Notes: a model not told the origin generated them from the sequence alone. A DNA stretch of 64,000 bases from Polyangiaceae bacterium (GCA_044376115.1 JBILLK010000017.1:32001-96000), one strand, 5' to 3'. Numbered from the stretch's first letter, positions 9,062 through 22,225 are shown. Made by a program: numbers and translations.

Positions 9062-10160
9062 CTCTCGTCGGGAACGCCCGCAAGTGACGGTCTGGGTGCC
9101 GCAGTCAGTCCGGCTGCACTATCCCATAAAAATCCTTATTGGACTATTTGCACTTGAGCAGGACTCAGAAATCGACCTCAATGTAGAGTTTGGGCTGGCC
9201 CCATGGAGCGGCAAACCGAGCGAGGAGGACGAAGCGGTTGGCACTGTTTACTGGACAGTGCACCAAGGCTTTGAATCGGTGCGCGTCGCTGTCGACCTGC
9301 AGGATCAAGGGTGGTTATTCAATCGTAGCGCGCTACGCGCCTGCGACGTTTACCTCAAACGGGGATTCGAGGCGGAAGCCCTTGCCACCCTCCCAACCTC
9401 CTGGGCCAGTCGAGTAAAACCGCTCGGGCTGGTGTACCCGTGCCAGAGCCTTGGGGTTAGTGCAAAGCTACTGCCGCGGTGGCTCTTGCAGCGAGCCCCG
9501 CAGGGGCTTACGGACCGGAGTCAGTTCACGCAGCTAAAGCAGGAGCTCAAGCTCCTCGTCCAGCTGCCACTGGTGACCGACTTCCAGCGCACACCGGAGG
9601 AACCGGCGCTCGAGGGGGTCATCTTCCAGACGCGACTTTGGGAGCAGGGCGAATCCGGTGCCGAGGACCTATTGGAGGTCAACGCGACACGAAGTGCGCT
9701 CGTACGTGGCCTTCGAACGGCACTCGGGCCACGTTTCCGAGGCGGACTTGTACCAACCCGCCTCGCGCGAGAGCGCTATCCCGACTTGGTCGCGACGGAC
9801 CACTATCGACGTCGCGATTACGTCCGCATGAGCGGAAGCTACTTGATTGGGGTCTACTCACGTGGCTTGAACCACTCGAATGCGTTCAAATTAGGCGAGT
9901 ATTTGGCTGCTTCGCAATGCATTGTAGCCGAACCTTTTCGACAAGAGCTCCTGCAGCCGCTGGTTGCAGACATCAACTACTTACCGTTCAACTCAGTTGA
10001 CGAGTGTATTGAGGCTTGCGTTCGACTACTCGCGGACAAGCCGTTCGCTGCTGCGATGCGGCGGGCAAACTTTGAGTACTTCCGGGCACAGGTGGAGCCC
10101 AAAGCGCATGCCGCCCGCTTGCTGAGCGAAGCGTTCAACCGGCCCCCCCCTAGCGGTTAG
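9048..10160 (+). CDS. Putative glycosyltransferase (GT-B, CgeB/Glyco_trans_1_2-like C-terminus)
   Basis: CDVYLKR; GLNHSNAFKLGEYLAASQCIVAE; NYLPFNSVDECIEACVRLL. Confidence 0.65.
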   Translation: MPSSDSRRERPQVTVWVPQSVRLHYPIKILIGLFALEQDSEIDLNVEFGLAPWSGKPSEEDEAVGTVYWTVHQGFESVRVAVDLQDQGWLFNRSALRACDVYLKRGFEAEALATLPTSWASRVKPLGLVYPCQSLGVSAKLLPRWLLQRAPQGLTDRSQFTQLKQELKLLVQLPLVTDFQRTPEEPALEGVIFQTRLWEQGESGAEDLLEVNATRSALVRGLRTALGPRFRGGLVPTRLARERYPDLVATDHYRRRDYVRMSGSYLIGVYSRGLNHSNAFKLGEYLAASQCIVAEPFRQELLQPLVADINYLPFNSVDECIEACVRLLADKPFAAAMRRANFEYFRAQVEPKAHAARLLSEAFNRPPPSG

Positions 10161-10567
10161 CGCTGCGGCGCGACACCGATGAACTTGCGCACGTCGAGTT
10201 CGTTACGGCCCACCACAAAGTGCCCTTTCATGGTGTCCATCGCCAATCGCAGAAACTGCAGCTCTTGCATAGGGTCGGCAACGAGGATGCCCACGCGTTT
10301 TTCCTGAGCGGCCCAAGCCCGAAATAGCTCGCTCAAAGATTCCTGTGTTTTCGGCCCTGCGATGCGCGGCCCCGAACGAACGTCAAACACCAACCCTTTG
10401 GTTCCTTCTTGCTTTGCTCGTCCCGAGAGGTGCTTCAGCATCTCCGCCGCACACGTGGCGCCTTCGGCCATCGTTAGGTCTGCGCGGGCCACCACTCGGC
10501 ACGTAACAATCGGCCCATCCACAAGGATTTGGTAGTTTCGGCCCTCAGCGAGCAACACGTCGCTCAT
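10157..10567 (-). CDS. Hypothetical protein (STAS/SEC14-like alpha/beta)
   Basis: 136-aa ORF with GLVFDVR and VGILV strands; the family call is weak. Confidence 0.55.
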   Translation of the reverse strand: MSDVLLAEGRNYQILVDGPIVTCRVVARADLTMAEGATCAAEMLKHLSGRAKQEGTKGLVFDVRSGPRIAGPKTQESLSELFRAWAAQEKRVGILVADPMQELQFLRLAMDTMKGHFVVGRNELDVRKFIGVAPQR

Positions 10568-10734
10568 CTACGAACTCGCAACAGGCGCGCGGAACATCTG
10601 TGAGGCCAAGTCGGGAACCGTGCCACGAAGCACCCACGCTTGACAAGGCCACGCCCGAGTCCTTGCAACAAGCGCAACCGGTAGCTGGAAAAGAGCTTCG
10701 GGAAATGGGAGCAGGGCAGGCTAAGATGCCGAGG

Positions 10735-12207
10735 ATGAAGCGCTTTCTTGGTTCGGTCGCTGCTCTTATGCTGTTGGTTGCCGGCTGTGGCGACTCTGGG
10801 ACGGAGGAGACCAACGAGACCACACCTCCTGTTCCTAACTTCAAGGCCGCCTCCGGCGTGACCATTACTGAAGTGGCCATTTATCAAAGTGTGAAGCGCC
10901 AGCTTGCCAAGGACGGGGCGGCTGTAACCTCTGACGTTCCCCTAGTCGCCGGACGAGACGCGATGATTCGCGTGTTTTACACCACCTCCGGGGACTACGA
11001 CGGCAAAGCTGTAACCGGCCGACTCAGCCTTGGGGACGATGGTGACCCAATCGACGTGGAGCAAGTGCTCTCGGAGCCAACCTCTTCCGACGGCTCGATC
11101 TCGTCCACCTTGAACTTCTTCATCCCCGGGGACCGCATTGGGGCAGAGCTCAACTACTCCATCGAGGTGCTGCAACTCGATGCCGCTGGGACGAACAAGG
11201 CTGCACGCTATCCCGCAAGCGGCGCCGAAAAGGTCGTCGTTGATGCGCAGAAACAAGTGCTTCGCGTGGTACTCGCCCCCTTTCGCTATGACTTCGACGG
11301 CTCGGGGCGGCTACCGGACACCTCGGAGACGGCCGTTGAGGCCTACCGCAACCGACTCAAGCAATTGTTTCCCGTTTCGGATGTGGAGATAACGGTGCGT
11401 GGAGCAACGCCGTGGAATCGCCGGATTGGACCGGAAGGCAACGGCTGGAATGAAGTGTTGATGGAGGTCTACCAATACAGGGCGTTCGACAATGCCTCCG
11501 ACGACATCTACTACTATGCACTATTCAACCCCGCGAATTCGTTTAGTCAATATTGCGGAGGTGGCTGCGTTCTCGGACTCTCGCTATTGAATGATCAGCC
11601 GGCTGCTACTGGCGAGGTTGAATTCCGATTCGCAGCAGGAGTCGGCTATGATCCTTACGCCTACGACACAACGGCTCATGAGCTAGGACACGCACATGGC
11701 AGGCGCCACGCTCCCTGCGGTCCAGGGCTCGACCCGCAATCGATTGACAATCAATTCCCTTACTCTGACGGGACCATTGGAGCTTGGGGGCTTGACGTTG
11801 CCACCACCCAGCTCTTTAGCCCGACCGCCACCACAGACGTAATGGGGTATTGCGACTTTACCTGGATCAGCGACTACAACTACAAGGCGCTACTCAACAG
11901 GGGCACTGGTATCAACCTACCGAAGTGGCACGAAAGCCCGCGAGAACGCGCCTTGGTCGTATCAGTGGACGGGGCTGGAGGCGCTAGCTGGGGAACCCTC
12001 GGTACCATCCCTTCCAATCTCGCCGGGACCCGCGTCCCTGCGAAGGTGCGTGAACTCGGCCAGCAGCGTAGCGCCTCAGCACGGTTCTTATCCTTTGACC
12101 ACCTACCGGGCGGCCTTGCGATCATTCCCGGCGTGACCGAGGACGTCTCCGAGGTAGAGCTGACGATCGACAATAAGGTCGTTCGGGTATCACGCCCAGC
12201 GCATTAG
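10735..12207 (+). CDS. Lipoprotein zinc metallopeptidase (M66/StcE-like metzincin)
   Basis: Lipobox LVAGC; LVAGRDAMIRV; HELGHAHGRRH; Met-turn DVMGYC. Confidence 0.85.
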   Translation: MKRFLGSVAALMLLVAGCGDSGTEETNETTPPVPNFKAASGVTITEVAIYQSVKRQLAKDGAAVTSDVPLVAGRDAMIRVFYTTSGDYDGKAVTGRLSLGDDGDPIDVEQVLSEPTSSDGSISSTLNFFIPGDRIGAELNYSIEVLQLDAAGTNKAARYPASGAEKVVVDAQKQVLRVVLAPFRYDFDGSGRLPDTSETAVEAYRNRLKQLFPVSDVEITVRGATPWNRRIGPEGNGWNEVLMEVYQYRAFDNASDDIYYYALFNPANSFSQYCGGGCVLGLSLLNDQPAATGEVEFRFAAGVGYDPYAYDTTAHELGHAHGRRHAPCGPGLDPQSIDNQFPYSDGTIGAWGLDVATTQLFSPTATTDVMGYCDFTWISDYNYKALLNRGTGINLPKWHESPRERALVVSVDGAGGASWGTLGTIPSNLAGTRVPAKVRELGQQRSASARFLSFDHLPGGLAIIPGVTEDVSEVELTIDNKVVRVSRPAH

Positions 12208-13007
12208 GCCAGGGCCTCGATCCCGACCATCTTGCAGGAGGCTGCATAGAATGACCGCGTTACTTCGCGGTCATCGGCCGTTCGGTGGTGGGGGGCGAGC
12301 TTTTGACGGACGTAGTAGCCGCCACGCGCTTTTGCCCCCTCATCCGATAGGGCGAGGTAGACGCTCGTTTTCGCCCCTTCAGCGAGACTGTCCGGGCCCG
12401 ACATGCCGAAGCCCGTTCGAAGCAGGTTGGTCGTTACCACGCCCGGGTGAAGAGAGCTCGTCGCCAAGTCCGGCAGGCGAAAGGAAAGCTCCTTGGTGAA
12501 CATCACGTTCGCCAACTTCGCCAGCGAGTAAGCAGCGTATCCTTCATAGCGCTTCTCACCCTGAAGGTTGTTCATATCGAACGAGGCTCGCTGGTGCGCC
12601 ATGCTGCTTACATGGATAACTCGACCGCCCTTCGGGACGAGCGGGAGCAATAGGTGCGTAAACAACACATGGGCGAGATGGTTGACGGCAAAGGTCGTCT
12701 CAAAGCCGTCAATTGTCTCCCGTCGCTCCTTCATGAAGACGCCGGCGTTGTGCAGCAGCACATCGAGCTGAGTGCCCACGGCGAGGACTTCCTGCGCGGC
12801 TTTGCGTACCGACTCGAGTGATGCGAGATCAGCCTGAACGAGGCCGAGCACCGCCCCCTTCGCCACGCCTTCAACGGCTTCACGCACCTCCGCGAGTTTG
12901 TCGGGGTTGCGGCCGGAGAGCAGCACTCTTGCGCCGCGACGCGCGAGCTCCAACGCCGTTTCCCGCCCAATACCGTCCGTTGCGCCAGTCAAGAAGACGT
13001 TAGTCAT
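12204..13007 (-). CDS. Short-chain dehydrogenase/reductase
   Basis: TGATDGIG, HNAG, VSS, YSLAK (YxxxK), LHPG. Confidence 0.93.
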   Translation of the reverse strand: MTNVFLTGATDGIGRETALELARRGARVLLSGRNPDKLAEVREAVEGVAKGAVLGLVQADLASLESVRKAAQEVLAVGTQLDVLLHNAGVFMKERRETIDGFETTFAVNHLAHVLFTHLLLPLVPKGGRVIHVSSMAHQRASFDMNNLQGEKRYEGYAAYSLAKLANVMFTKELSFRLPDLATSSLHPGVVTTNLLRTGFGMSGPDSLAEGAKTSVYLALSDEGAKARGGYYVRQKLAPHHRTADDREVTRSFYAASCKMVGIEALA

Positions 13008-13040
13008 TCAGAACTCTCCAGTTAGTTGAAAACCGTTTGC

Positions 13041-13889
13041 CTATCCGTGAACCGCGCTTCCGAATCGTCGCACCCATTCAAGCTCAGTTGGGTTGAGGGG
13101 TCCCCGCTCGACCGCCGCTAGATTCTCGAGCAGCTCGGCCTCATTCTTCGGGCCACTCAGCACGACGTCGACGTTCGGGTCGGTTAGGCAAAAGCGGTAG
13201 CATTCAGCTGCGGTCATCGCCCGCTCCGACCAGCCGGAGGGAGCTTTGAGCAACTTACGCCACGATGTGGCGGTGTAAGCGACTATCGCTCGGCGACGAT
13301 GGGCGTCATTCCTAGGTAGATGATCCGCTGACGACCTTGGTGCCAGGAACGGAAAGATGTCTCGCTCGGCGCCGGGGTGAGCCGCGTTGTAGCGCACCAT
13401 CAGGAGGTCCAGCGGAGAGTCTGCAGCAAGCTTCCCAGCGCGCTCTCGGTTGTGGATTGAAACGCCAATCGCACGCACCTTGCCCTCCTCCTTCAGCTTG
13501 AGCAGCTCCTCGACGACGCCCCCAGTCATCCCGCTACTGACGCCAAGCCAAAAGAGTTGATAGACGTCGAGGTAGTCAGTCCCCAACGTTCGCAGCGCGT
13601 TCTCACAACCTCGCCTCACGCCACCGCGGAAGAATCCAAAGGTTGGGCCGGTCGCGACAATGACCTTTTCACGAGAACGCTTCAGCGCTTCACGCAGACG
13701 AGGCAACGTTCGCCCCGTACGGAACCGAGTCCAGAATAGGTAGTTAACCCCACGCTCGAGCGCGACGGATAGCCCGCGCTCATCAAGGCCGTAGTTGAGC
13801 GCCAGCCCAAGCGGGTGGACGTTGGGAACGAGCGGATAGATGGGATAGCCGGAAACCTGCACGCAGCCAGATGAACCACGCAGCGCCAA
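13041..13889 (-). CDS. Aldo/keto reductase family protein (start uncertain)
   Basis: ENALRTLGTDYLDVYQL; LKEEGKVRAIGVS; VVLSGPKNEAELLENL. Confidence 0.88.
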   Translation of the reverse strand: MALRGSSGCVQVSGYPIYPLVPNVHPLGLALNYGLDERGLSVALERGVNYLFWTRFRTGRTLPRLREALKRSREKVIVATGPTFGFFRGGVRRGCENALRTLGTDYLDVYQLFWLGVSSGMTGGVVEELLKLKEEGKVRAIGVSIHNRERAGKLAADSPLDLLMVRYNAAHPGAERDIFPFLAPRSSADHLPRNDAHRRRAIVAYTATSWRKLLKAPSGWSERAMTAAECYRFCLTDPNVDVVLSGPKNEAELLENLAAVERGPLNPTELEWVRRFGSAVHG

Positions 13890-13903
13890 AGGTCAACGGC
13901 CGC

Positions 13904-13948
13904 AACAAAAGTTAACCGCGCTCACTCAGTTGCCCGAGGAGCGCGGTT
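13904..13948 (-). terminator. Probable intrinsic terminator downstream of fusA
   Basis: Perfect 10-bp inverted repeat AACCGCGCTC (13914-13923) / GAGCGCGGTT (13939-13948), followed on the minus strand by AACTTTTGTT. Confidence 0.7.
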
Positions 13949-13968
13949 GGAGCGAAGGCAAGCTTAGC

Positions 13969-16053
<2,085 letters not shown>

Positions 16054-16145
16054 GGCAGCTGCCTTCTCCTGTAAGGTGCACGCTCCGTAGTATCCCTCGC
16101 TGGTTGCGGCCAGAAAAAAACAAGGCCGGCCCAGAATGTGCGGAT

Positions 16146-17558
16146 CTACTGCGGCGGAGGCGGGGCCGGCGGGTCGTCGTCGGGGATGATGCAGGCCGTA
16201 AGGTCGAACAGCATGAAGAGCAGAGCCTTCTCCTGCGGGGAGAGCTCGGTCGTTTGGCAGCCGTTCGGAAAGGGTTGTCCGATGCTGTCGCCCGACGAGA
16301 CGTGGATGTCGGATAACACCATGCGCCCACATTGCGCAGCCTCTTCCACGCCGATGGGCGTGTTGAAGGTGAGGTACTGCACGCTGGTGGGATTTTCACC
16401 GTAGACCCAGCGAGTGGAGGTAAGCGGGTTCACCGCGTCTACGGTGTGCTGGGCCTCGTTGATGACGAGGTCACCCTGCGCGACCGAAGCTCCGACATTG
16501 ACGAGCCACTCTGCGAGCGCGAGCCCCTTCGGAAACGACATGTCGATCTTTGCGGTGAATGGGTTCGGCAAGTCCTCTTGGTGATTGAACGTTGCCACCG
16601 TGGGAAACGCGCCGGGGCCAGCCTCGAGCCAGTAGTTGTTCCAGTGGGACGCAAACACGCGGCCTCCGAGGTTCGTATAGTCGGCCATCGCTTGTAGTGC
16701 GTTTGCAGGCTTTTCGTCGGGGTTTTGCCCGCCTTCGCAGGCCATCAGCACGACGTCGTAGATCTGCAACTGCGCGACGCTGGACCAAAGCGCAGACACG
16801 TTTGGAAAGAGCGTTCCTGCTGCGTAACGATCCGACCCACCCGCGCCTGCGAACAGGTTCACACGACCAGGCCCATCTGGATTTGTGAACTCGACAGGGT
16901 CGAGACCGATCTTCGGCAGCAGGCACTCGAGCGGGTCAGCGCCTCCCGTCGCCAGCGCGATCTTCGGAATGTGGCCTTCACTTTGGTTGCGCGGCAATCG
17001 AATCGAAGTGTCCTCGAGCGGGGTATCCACGCACTCAGCAACGGTGGGGACCACAAACTCGCGCCGCCACTTGCCGACTTGAATGACCAACGGGATGTCA
17101 TTGCCCACCGGCACGTCCTCCAACACGAAGGAGCCACTCGCGTCGGTGATGGCCGATGCGACCACCGCGCCGATCGAGGCCGCGCAGGTATCGCACGAGG
17201 CGCCATCCACGATCGCCGGCAGCGGCTGGTCCGGGAACTTCGGCACGTAGACGACCACGTTGTAGAGGGGAATCGTTCCGCCGGGCTCATAGACTTTCCC
17301 GCTGATCGTGGTTGTGACAGCTCCTCCACAGGCGACCTGCTGACACTCGAGCCCCTCACATGCCGTGTTACCACCGGTTCCAGACATGAACTGCTGAGAC
17401 GAGCCTGCGTTGCCACCTTGGCCCCCTGCAGAATTCCCTCCCGCCGCGGCTCCACCTGCGCTGGTTCCACCACTGCCTCCTGCGCCCGAGTCCGAACAGG
17501 CCGAGAGGAACGCAGCCCCAAAGACGAACGCAGCGGTCAACTCCGAACCCATTCGCAT
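16146..17558 (-). CDS. Myxobacterial lipoprotein with carboxypeptidase-regulatory-like domain
   Basis: FLSAC lipobox; Gly-rich linker; [46 protein letters not shown]. Confidence 0.8.
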   Translation of the reverse strand: MRMGSELTAAFVFGAAFLSACSDSGAGGSGGTSAGGAAAGGNSAGGQGGNAGSSQQFMSGTGGNTACEGLECQQVACGGAVTTTISGKVYEPGGTIPLYNVVVYVPKFPDQPLPAIVDGASCDTCAASIGAVVASAITDASGSFVLEDVPVGNDIPLVIQVGKWRREFVVPTVAECVDTPLEDTSIRLPRNQSEGHIPKIALATGGADPLECLLPKIGLDPVEFTNPDGPGRVNLFAGAGGSDRYAAGTLFPNVSALWSSVAQLQIYDVVLMACEGGQNPDEKPANALQAMADYTNLGGRVFASHWNNYWLEAGPGAFPTVATFNHQEDLPNPFTAKIDMSFPKGLALAEWLVNVGASVAQGDLVINEAQHTVDAVNPLTSTRWVYGENPTSVQYLTFNTPIGVEEAAQCGRMVLSDIHVSSGDSIGQPFPNGCQTTELSPQEKALLFMLFDLTACIIPDDDPPAPPPPQ

Positions 17559-17600
17559 ATCGACTCCTCGCGACTCGGAAGCATACCCGAGTTCACCAGC

Positions 17601-19442
17601 TCAAGGAGCTTGGTCTCGAGTGTCTTCATCCAAGGTCGCGCCCAACTGAAACGCCAGCCCGACCGACGTCATCACCGCGAACCACATCGCGCCAAATAGG
17701 AAGACGGAATGGGCGGGAAACAGGCCGATCACAAGCGCTGACGCAAAACAAAGCGCCCCGGGGAGGAGCAGCCAACGTCGGGTTTGCAAGCCCATCGCCA
17801 CAAAACCAACAGCAAGCATGGCGGCTTGGTTGTGCGTATCCGCGAACGCATCCCCGTCCATTCCCCAAGCGATTGCACCATGCAATGAGCAGGCAAAGGC
17901 AACCGCCGCCCACAAGCCAAACACTCGAGGAGAGGCCAGACTGTTGGGGAGCGCGTGCCGGCGAAGCAGCAACCGCGCGAGCGCGCCAGGGACCAGCGTC
18001 ACGAGCAACCACGCAGCGGCGATGATGCTCATCGCGCGGTCTGCATCCGCACGAATGGCCCATGCACTGATGAACGCTGCGATGAGACCGAGCAGGCCTG
18101 AGACAATAAACACCGCGCCCAATGGCCGCCCAATGGTTTTGAAGTCTCGACGACGGCTCGCGTCCCGAAGGGCAACAAGCTCCGCCTCTCGCTGAACGGC
18201 AGCGGCTCGTAACTGCGCAACCACCTGCTGCGCTGCGGCCGTGTCAACGCACTCGGCGGCTAGGCGTTCGGCCAACGCGAGCTGGTCAAAGCGGACGGCG
18301 TGCTCAAATACGGTTGAAATCGCGCGCGCACGGAGTTCGTTGGCTTGAGGAGCGGCCGGCCAAAGTTCAGCGGCGCGCCCCGCTGCAAAGCTGAGTTCGG
18401 CGAGCAAGGTATGAATCGTCCGTTCATCGTCGGCAGTCGCAGCCCCCGCGGCTGCAGCCCGCTGCACGGCTTCGACCATGCGCACATGCGACTTCTCTCC
18501 GAGTTCGAGCAGCGCGCGCGCTTCACGGTGCGCAAGATAGTCCGCTAATGCGGCCCCAAACGCATTGGCCGAAGGGTACCGCAGCTCGGCCTTGACGCTG
18601 GTGGCTTGGTCGATAATCGCGCGCAACTCCTCTGGGACCCAATGCGGAAAGGGCTCACGTACGCCGGTGAGACAATGCTTCCGAATCGTGTCGAGGTCAG
18701 GCCCGCCATGCAGCGGGCGGTTGGTCGCGATCTCGTGCAGCATCGCGCCCAAGAGGAAGACATCGGTTCGCTCGTCTTGTTCGAGTGCGCCCTCAGCTAG
18801 CTCCGGTGCCATGTAAGCGGGCGTCCCAGCGGGTCCGGGGGCTTCATCAATGTGAAGGATGCCCGTCTCTGCAGCGAGCTTACGATCAGTTGTTACGCCA
18901 ATGCCCCAATCCATCACGTAGACCTGACCGTACGCACCGAGCATGACGTTTTCGGGCTTCAAGTCGCGATGGAGAATCTTTCGGTCGTGAGCAGCTTCCA
19001 CACAGCGAGTCACCTGAAGCAACGTTCGCACGTGCTCGTCCACGTTCGCGTCGGGCATCTCGCGCGCAGCCAGCACCTCTCGCCAACTCTTTCCGGCAAC
19101 GAGCTTCATCGCCAACATCGGGGGACCGTCCGTCTGCGGGACCCACGAATGCACAGGCACCACGTTCGCGTGGTCGAGCAGGCCCATGATGCGGGCCTCG
19201 GAGAAGAAGGCTGCCCGAGCAACGGCCCCGGTGAGCGTTAAGCGCTTGAGCGCGACGTCGCGGCAAAAGGCTGATTGGGTGGCGCGTAGCACTTGCGCCA
19301 TACCGCCGCGCCCGAGCTCCCCCATCAGGGCGAACCCTGTGTCATCAGCGCTTACGTGCTCACGCTGCTTGAGCGACTCGAGCAGCGCCCCCGTCTCCAT
19401 TGCCGCTCCAGTAGTGGCAAACATCAACGGCCTTACAGTCAT
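17601..19442 (-). CDS. Ser/Thr protein kinase with C-terminal multi-pass membrane domain
   Basis: LGRGGMAQV, VALK, HRDLKPEN, DWG, GTPAYMAPE, DVFLLG; about six hydrophobic segments at the C-terminus. Confidence 0.93.
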   Translation of the reverse strand: MTVRPLMFATTGAAMETGALLESLKQREHVSADDTGFALMGELGRGGMAQVLRATQSAFCRDVALKRLTLTGAVARAAFFSEARIMGLLDHANVVPVHSWVPQTDGPPMLAMKLVAGKSWREVLAAREMPDANVDEHVRTLLQVTRCVEAAHDRKILHRDLKPENVMLGAYGQVYVMDWGIGVTTDRKLAAETGILHIDEAPGPAGTPAYMAPELAEGALEQDERTDVFLLGAMLHEIATNRPLHGGPDLDTIRKHCLTGVREPFPHWVPEELRAIIDQATSVKAELRYPSANAFGAALADYLAHREARALLELGEKSHVRMVEAVQRAAAAGAATADDERTIHTLLAELSFAAGRAAELWPAAPQANELRARAISTVFEHAVRFDQLALAERLAAECVDTAAAQQVVAQLRAAAVQREAELVALRDASRRRDFKTIGRPLGAVFIVSGLLGLIAAFISAWAIRADADRAMSIIAAAWLLVTLVPGALARLLLRRHALPNSLASPRVFGLWAAVAFACSLHGAIAWGMDGDAFADTHNQAAMLAVGFVAMGLQTRRWLLLPGALCFASALVIGLFPAHSVFLFGAMWFAVMTSVGLAFQLGATLDEDTRDQAP

Positions 19443-19596
19443 CCGGCTCTCACCTTCGACCGTTCTTCTTCCCTCGCGTTTGCTGCTCAAGACGAGCAAT
19501 CCTAGTCCGGAATCCCATGGCTAGGGAACTGGCCCCCGTGCCGCGAACTCGAACGTTTCTTCAACTGCATAGAGCCGCCTCTGCTACATCGAGGCG

Positions 19597-20265
19597 ATGG
19601 CCAACCTCTACTTCCGACAACTACTTGCCGGACGTGATTTTGCAAAAAAGGATCGCGCAGCGACCCAGATGATGAATTTCGCTTATCTGATTGGCGACAG
19701 AGATAAGGGTGAATGCTTCATCGTCGATCCTGCTTGGGACGTGGATGGTCTCGTGACGATCGCCGAGTCCGATGGTCTCAAGGTTTCCGGTGCACTCATA
19801 ACGCACTATCACCCTGACCACTGCGGTGGCTCGATGTTCGGCTTCTCGGTCCAAGGAGCTGCGCGCCTCCTCGAGCTTTGCTCGGCCAAGTTGCACGTAC
19901 ATAAGGCAGAAGCCGAGGGGGTGATGATCGTCACTGAAGTATCGAAGTCCGACCTCGTTCTCCATGAAGGCAATGACGTCGTCCACATCGGCGACATCGA
20001 GGTAGAACTACTGCACACTCCAGGGCACACCCCCGGCTCCCAATGCTTCAGATTGAAGGATGCCCTCATCTCGGGAGACACGCTCTTCCTACAAGGCTGT
20101 GGGCGAGTCGATTTACCGGGAGGTGACAGGGAGGAGATGCGTCGGACGCTGACTCAACGGCTGGCAACGCTCCCGGATGAGCTCGTCCTTTATCCGGGAC
20201 ACGCCTATGGCGGTGAGCACGCTCCGTTAAAGGACGTTCGTGCGACGAATCCCTCCCTTAGGTGA
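19597..20265 (+). CDS. MBL-fold metallo-hydrolase (glyoxalase II-like)
   Basis: THYHPDH, HTPGHTPGS, SGDTLF, YPGH. Confidence 0.92.
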   Translation: MANLYFRQLLAGRDFAKKDRAATQMMNFAYLIGDRDKGECFIVDPAWDVDGLVTIAESDGLKVSGALITHYHPDHCGGSMFGFSVQGAARLLELCSAKLHVHKAEAEGVMIVTEVSKSDLVLHEGNDVVHIGDIEVELLHTPGHTPGSQCFRLKDALISGDTLFLQGCGRVDLPGGDREEMRRTLTQRLATLPDELVLYPGHAYGGEHAPLKDVRATNPSLR

Positions 20266-20293
20266 GAACGTGCAATAGACTATAGGGCGCTAG

Positions 20294-20893
20294 CTACAGC
20301 CCAAATTCGCCTCCACAGTCAGCCCCCCGAGCCTCCACAGCCTTGTCGAGGCAGTCGCCAACGAGATCGCACGACTCCGAGAAGCAAGCGCTTAGCTCGG
20401 AGTAAAGGCTGGGCTCAAACAAGGGCCACGGGACGTCGCCCTGTGTACACCAGTCATTCGACAGCTCCGGGCATTCATCCAGCTTGGCGTTGCACCCAGA
20501 GAGGTACTCTTCCTGCTCCGGAATCGTGCCTAAGTCTGCCCCTACCTCTGTGTAACAGAGGTCGTCGTTCTTGTCGCACGGTCGGCTGCCCAGGCATGCC
20601 ATGAGCGGTTCTCGCGCCTCTTCACGGAACACCGAATCAAAGCAGGCCTTCGCGCCGACACATTCGCCAAGTGTCGGTGACGGCGGGTTGTCTGGGTTGC
20701 ACATCTCATCCCGAGCGGTGCTGGCCTCACAATAGTCATCCCAAGCAGTGACAGTACTTCCTCCGGAACCTCCGGAACCTCCGCTTCCCCCTTCGCCGCT
20801 ACCACCGCCCCCGGAGGCACTTGAATCATCCCCACACCCCACGAACAAACCCAACGCCACGGTCAATGCGAACGCTGAACCAACACTTTTCAT
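20294..20893 (-). CDS. Cysteine-rich lipoprotein
   Basis: LFVGC lipobox, GGSGG linker, many spaced Cys in an acidic domain. Confidence 0.75.
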   Translation of the reverse strand: MKSVGSAFALTVALGLFVGCGDDSSASGGGGSGEGGSGGSGGSGGSTVTAWDDYCEASTARDEMCNPDNPPSPTLGECVGAKACFDSVFREEAREPLMACLGSRPCDKNDDLCYTEVGADLGTIPEQEEYLSGCNAKLDECPELSNDWCTQGDVPWPLFEPSLYSELSACFSESCDLVGDCLDKAVEARGADCGGEFGL

Positions 20894-21148
20894 AGCTGTA
20901 CTCCTTGCTGCCTAGTCATCAGCAAGAAGCAACCTAATGCACTAACTAGCAAGCCCAATCGGGGAGCACATATTCGCCATAATTAGCTTATTAAAAAGCA
21001 CCTTTGCGCCTTGCGGATTCGTGAAGGATTTACGAAATGGCCCTTTCTTCGCTCCGTTTGCAATTCGCTTTGGCCCAACAGCTACCTGCTCGAGCTCGTG
21101 AATGATCCCCGAGCGACAGCGAATGTCATCCGGTGCTACCTTCCTCAG

Positions 21149-22225
21149 ATGAGCTTGCTGCGTGTACTGACACCACTAACCGCGTCCGTGGACCGCGTCT
21201 TCGCCCGTGCTGTGACAGGGCGAAGTGAAGCTGCTCGCCGCCGCTCCCGCGCAGAATCCCTGGGCCACGAGGAGCGGCTCGTTGCGCTCAGCCGTATCGC
21301 AGAAGGCTACACCGAGGCCGCGTTCGACCCAGAGAATGGTTTTTTCTCAACAGCTCCTGGCGAGCGCGTAAAGCTCGAGTCGAAGGGGCACCGCCGAGAT
21401 GGCGAAGTGAAGACGGCGATTTACGATCTGTCCTGGCCTTCCGACAATCCGCTGTACTCAACGGACAACGTGTTGCGCGAACGCTACGAACGAGTGCGCG
21501 AGAATCAGACCGGCTGGGCCCGCGCCTTTATCGGAGATGACCGTTGGGAGAACCCCACGGCTGTCATTGTACATGGGTATCGCGCCGGCCAGTTCGCGGT
21601 GGAGGAGCGCGTCTGGCCACTCAAGTGGCTGCTCGAGCACGGGATGAACGCGGTGCTGTTGGTATTGCCATTTCATGCTCTACGCTCCGGTGGTCGACCG
21701 CCCGCATTTCCCGGATCGGATCCGAGATTCACCAATGAGGGCTTTCGACAGGCTGTGTTCGACGCGCGAACGTTGATTGCTTACCTCGAGCGTCGAGGGG
21801 CTCGCGCCGTTGGAGCGATGGGCATGAGCCTCGGCGGCTACACCGTGAGCCTACTCGGCACCCTGCTCCCCTCGCTGGCGTTCTTGGCACCCATCATTCC
21901 GCTCGCGTCATTTGCCGATGTCGCGATGGCTGCAGGTCGATTGGTAGGCTCTCCGGAGCAACAGGCGTTGCAGCAGCAAGCCTTAGAGAACGCCCACCGC
22001 ATCGCTAGCCCGTTCTCTCGCCCACCGCGCGTACCCGCCGATTCGACCGTCGTCATCGCCGGCGAAGGAGACCGCATTACTCCGCTATCCCACGCGGAGA
22101 AACTGCGCGACCACTTCAACGCTCGCTACGTGACTTTCGCCGGAGGCCACATCTTGCAACTCGGGCGGGCCGATGGATTTCGCGCGGTAGGCAACGTGCT
22201 CCGGGAGAAGGGGCTGTTCCGATAG
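21149..22225 (+). CDS. Alpha/beta hydrolase
   Basis: VHG oxyanion; GMSLGG nucleophile; GDRITP; GGH. Confidence 0.85.
   Translation: MSLLRVLTPLTASVDRVFARAVTGRSEAARRRSRAESLGHEERLVALSRIAEGYTEAAFDPENGFFSTAPGERVKLESKGHRRDGEVKTAIYDLSWPSDNPLYSTDNVLRERYERVRENQTGWARAFIGDDRWENPTAVIVHGYRAGQFAVEERVWPLKWLLEHGMNAVLLVLPFHALRSGGRPPAFPGSDPRFTNEGFRQAVFDARTLIAYLERRGARAVGAMGMSLGGYTVSLLGTLLPSLAFLAPIIPLASFADVAMAAGRLVGSPEQQALQQQALENAHRIASPFSRPPRVPADSTVVIAGEGDRITPLSHAEKLRDHFNARYVTFAGGHILQLGRADGFRAVGNVLREKGLFR

Noticed and set aside
16054..16332. 93-aa N-terminal extension of EF-G in the ORF track
   Set aside because: It overlaps the upstream gene; the RBS and homology support the start at 16053.
16725..17699. 324-aa plus-strand ORF
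   Set aside because: Antisense to a well-supported lipoprotein gene, with non-protein-like composition.
20900..21010. AT-rich patch as foreign DNA or origin
   Set aside because: It is short and lies between divergent genes, so it is best explained as a promoter region; no DnaA-box or att repeats were seen.
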